A stretch of DNA of 64,000 nt, taken from positions 30,194,001 to 30,258,000 of the forward strand of contig JBHGNT010000001.1 of assembly GCA_043228905.1 (NCBI GenBank), in the 5' to 3' direction. The DNA is from Azolla caroliniana. Its lineage: Eukaryota > Plantae > Polypodiophyta. Within the stretch, counting starts at the first letter, position 1, and each line of letters begins with the position of its first letter. The notes under the pieces are model-generated. The model made no database searches, had not been told where the DNA came from, and was given only the letters and a program-made list of their open reading frames with translations. Positions 63,878 to 64,000 of the stretch are shown here, one piece after another. The position numbers and the translations under genes are program-made.

Positions 63878-64000
63878 AGAAGTTTACAAATTTTCATCAG
63901 TCTCTCTTAAGTTGTACATAAGATCTATAAGGCAGTCCATAAGATTCTAGTATATAGGGAAAATCTCCAAAACACCCATAGCTCATGAGCAATTACAAAG

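Noticed and set aside
1-64000. Horizontally acquired bacterial or viral genes, tRNA or rRNA genes
   Set aside because: All recognisable genes belong to ordinary plant families. I saw no cloverleaf or rRNA-like sequence by eye, and a covariance-model scan would be needed to exclude small RNAs.

Overview
Eukaryotic, land-plant nuclear DNA: GT-AG introns, microsatellite-rich flanks and TTTAGGG repeats. The style of the PPR gene and the compact gene spacing suggest a seed-free plant such as a fern, which is inference only. Ten protein-coding genes were reconstructed by hand: a GT47 exostosin (5' partial), a PLS-E PPR, GRDP/DUF1399, an intronless two-RRM organellar-type protein, ISCA1, a MORC GHKL ATPase, an MPB2C-like coiled-coil protein, a SAM methyltransferase, a vacuolar-type GH32 invertase with the 9-nt mini-exon, and an LPEAT1-like acyltransferase (3' exons only). 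Mobile DNA comprises a decayed Ty1/copia in an intron, a 5'-truncated LINE with a 14-bp target-site duplication, and weaker hAT-like and LTR-like remnants. The most unusual structures are non-coding: a 5x163-bp array that re-copies the GRDP stop codon, 3'UTR and poly(A) signal with an alternating variant; a degenerate ~62-bp array behind the convergent RRM gene; nine in-frame TAG stops ending the invertase; an interstitial telomeric tract; and many local tandem duplications. I cannot support a new multi-gene system from the sequence alone. The best lead is the recurrent tandem amplification of gene 3' ends.
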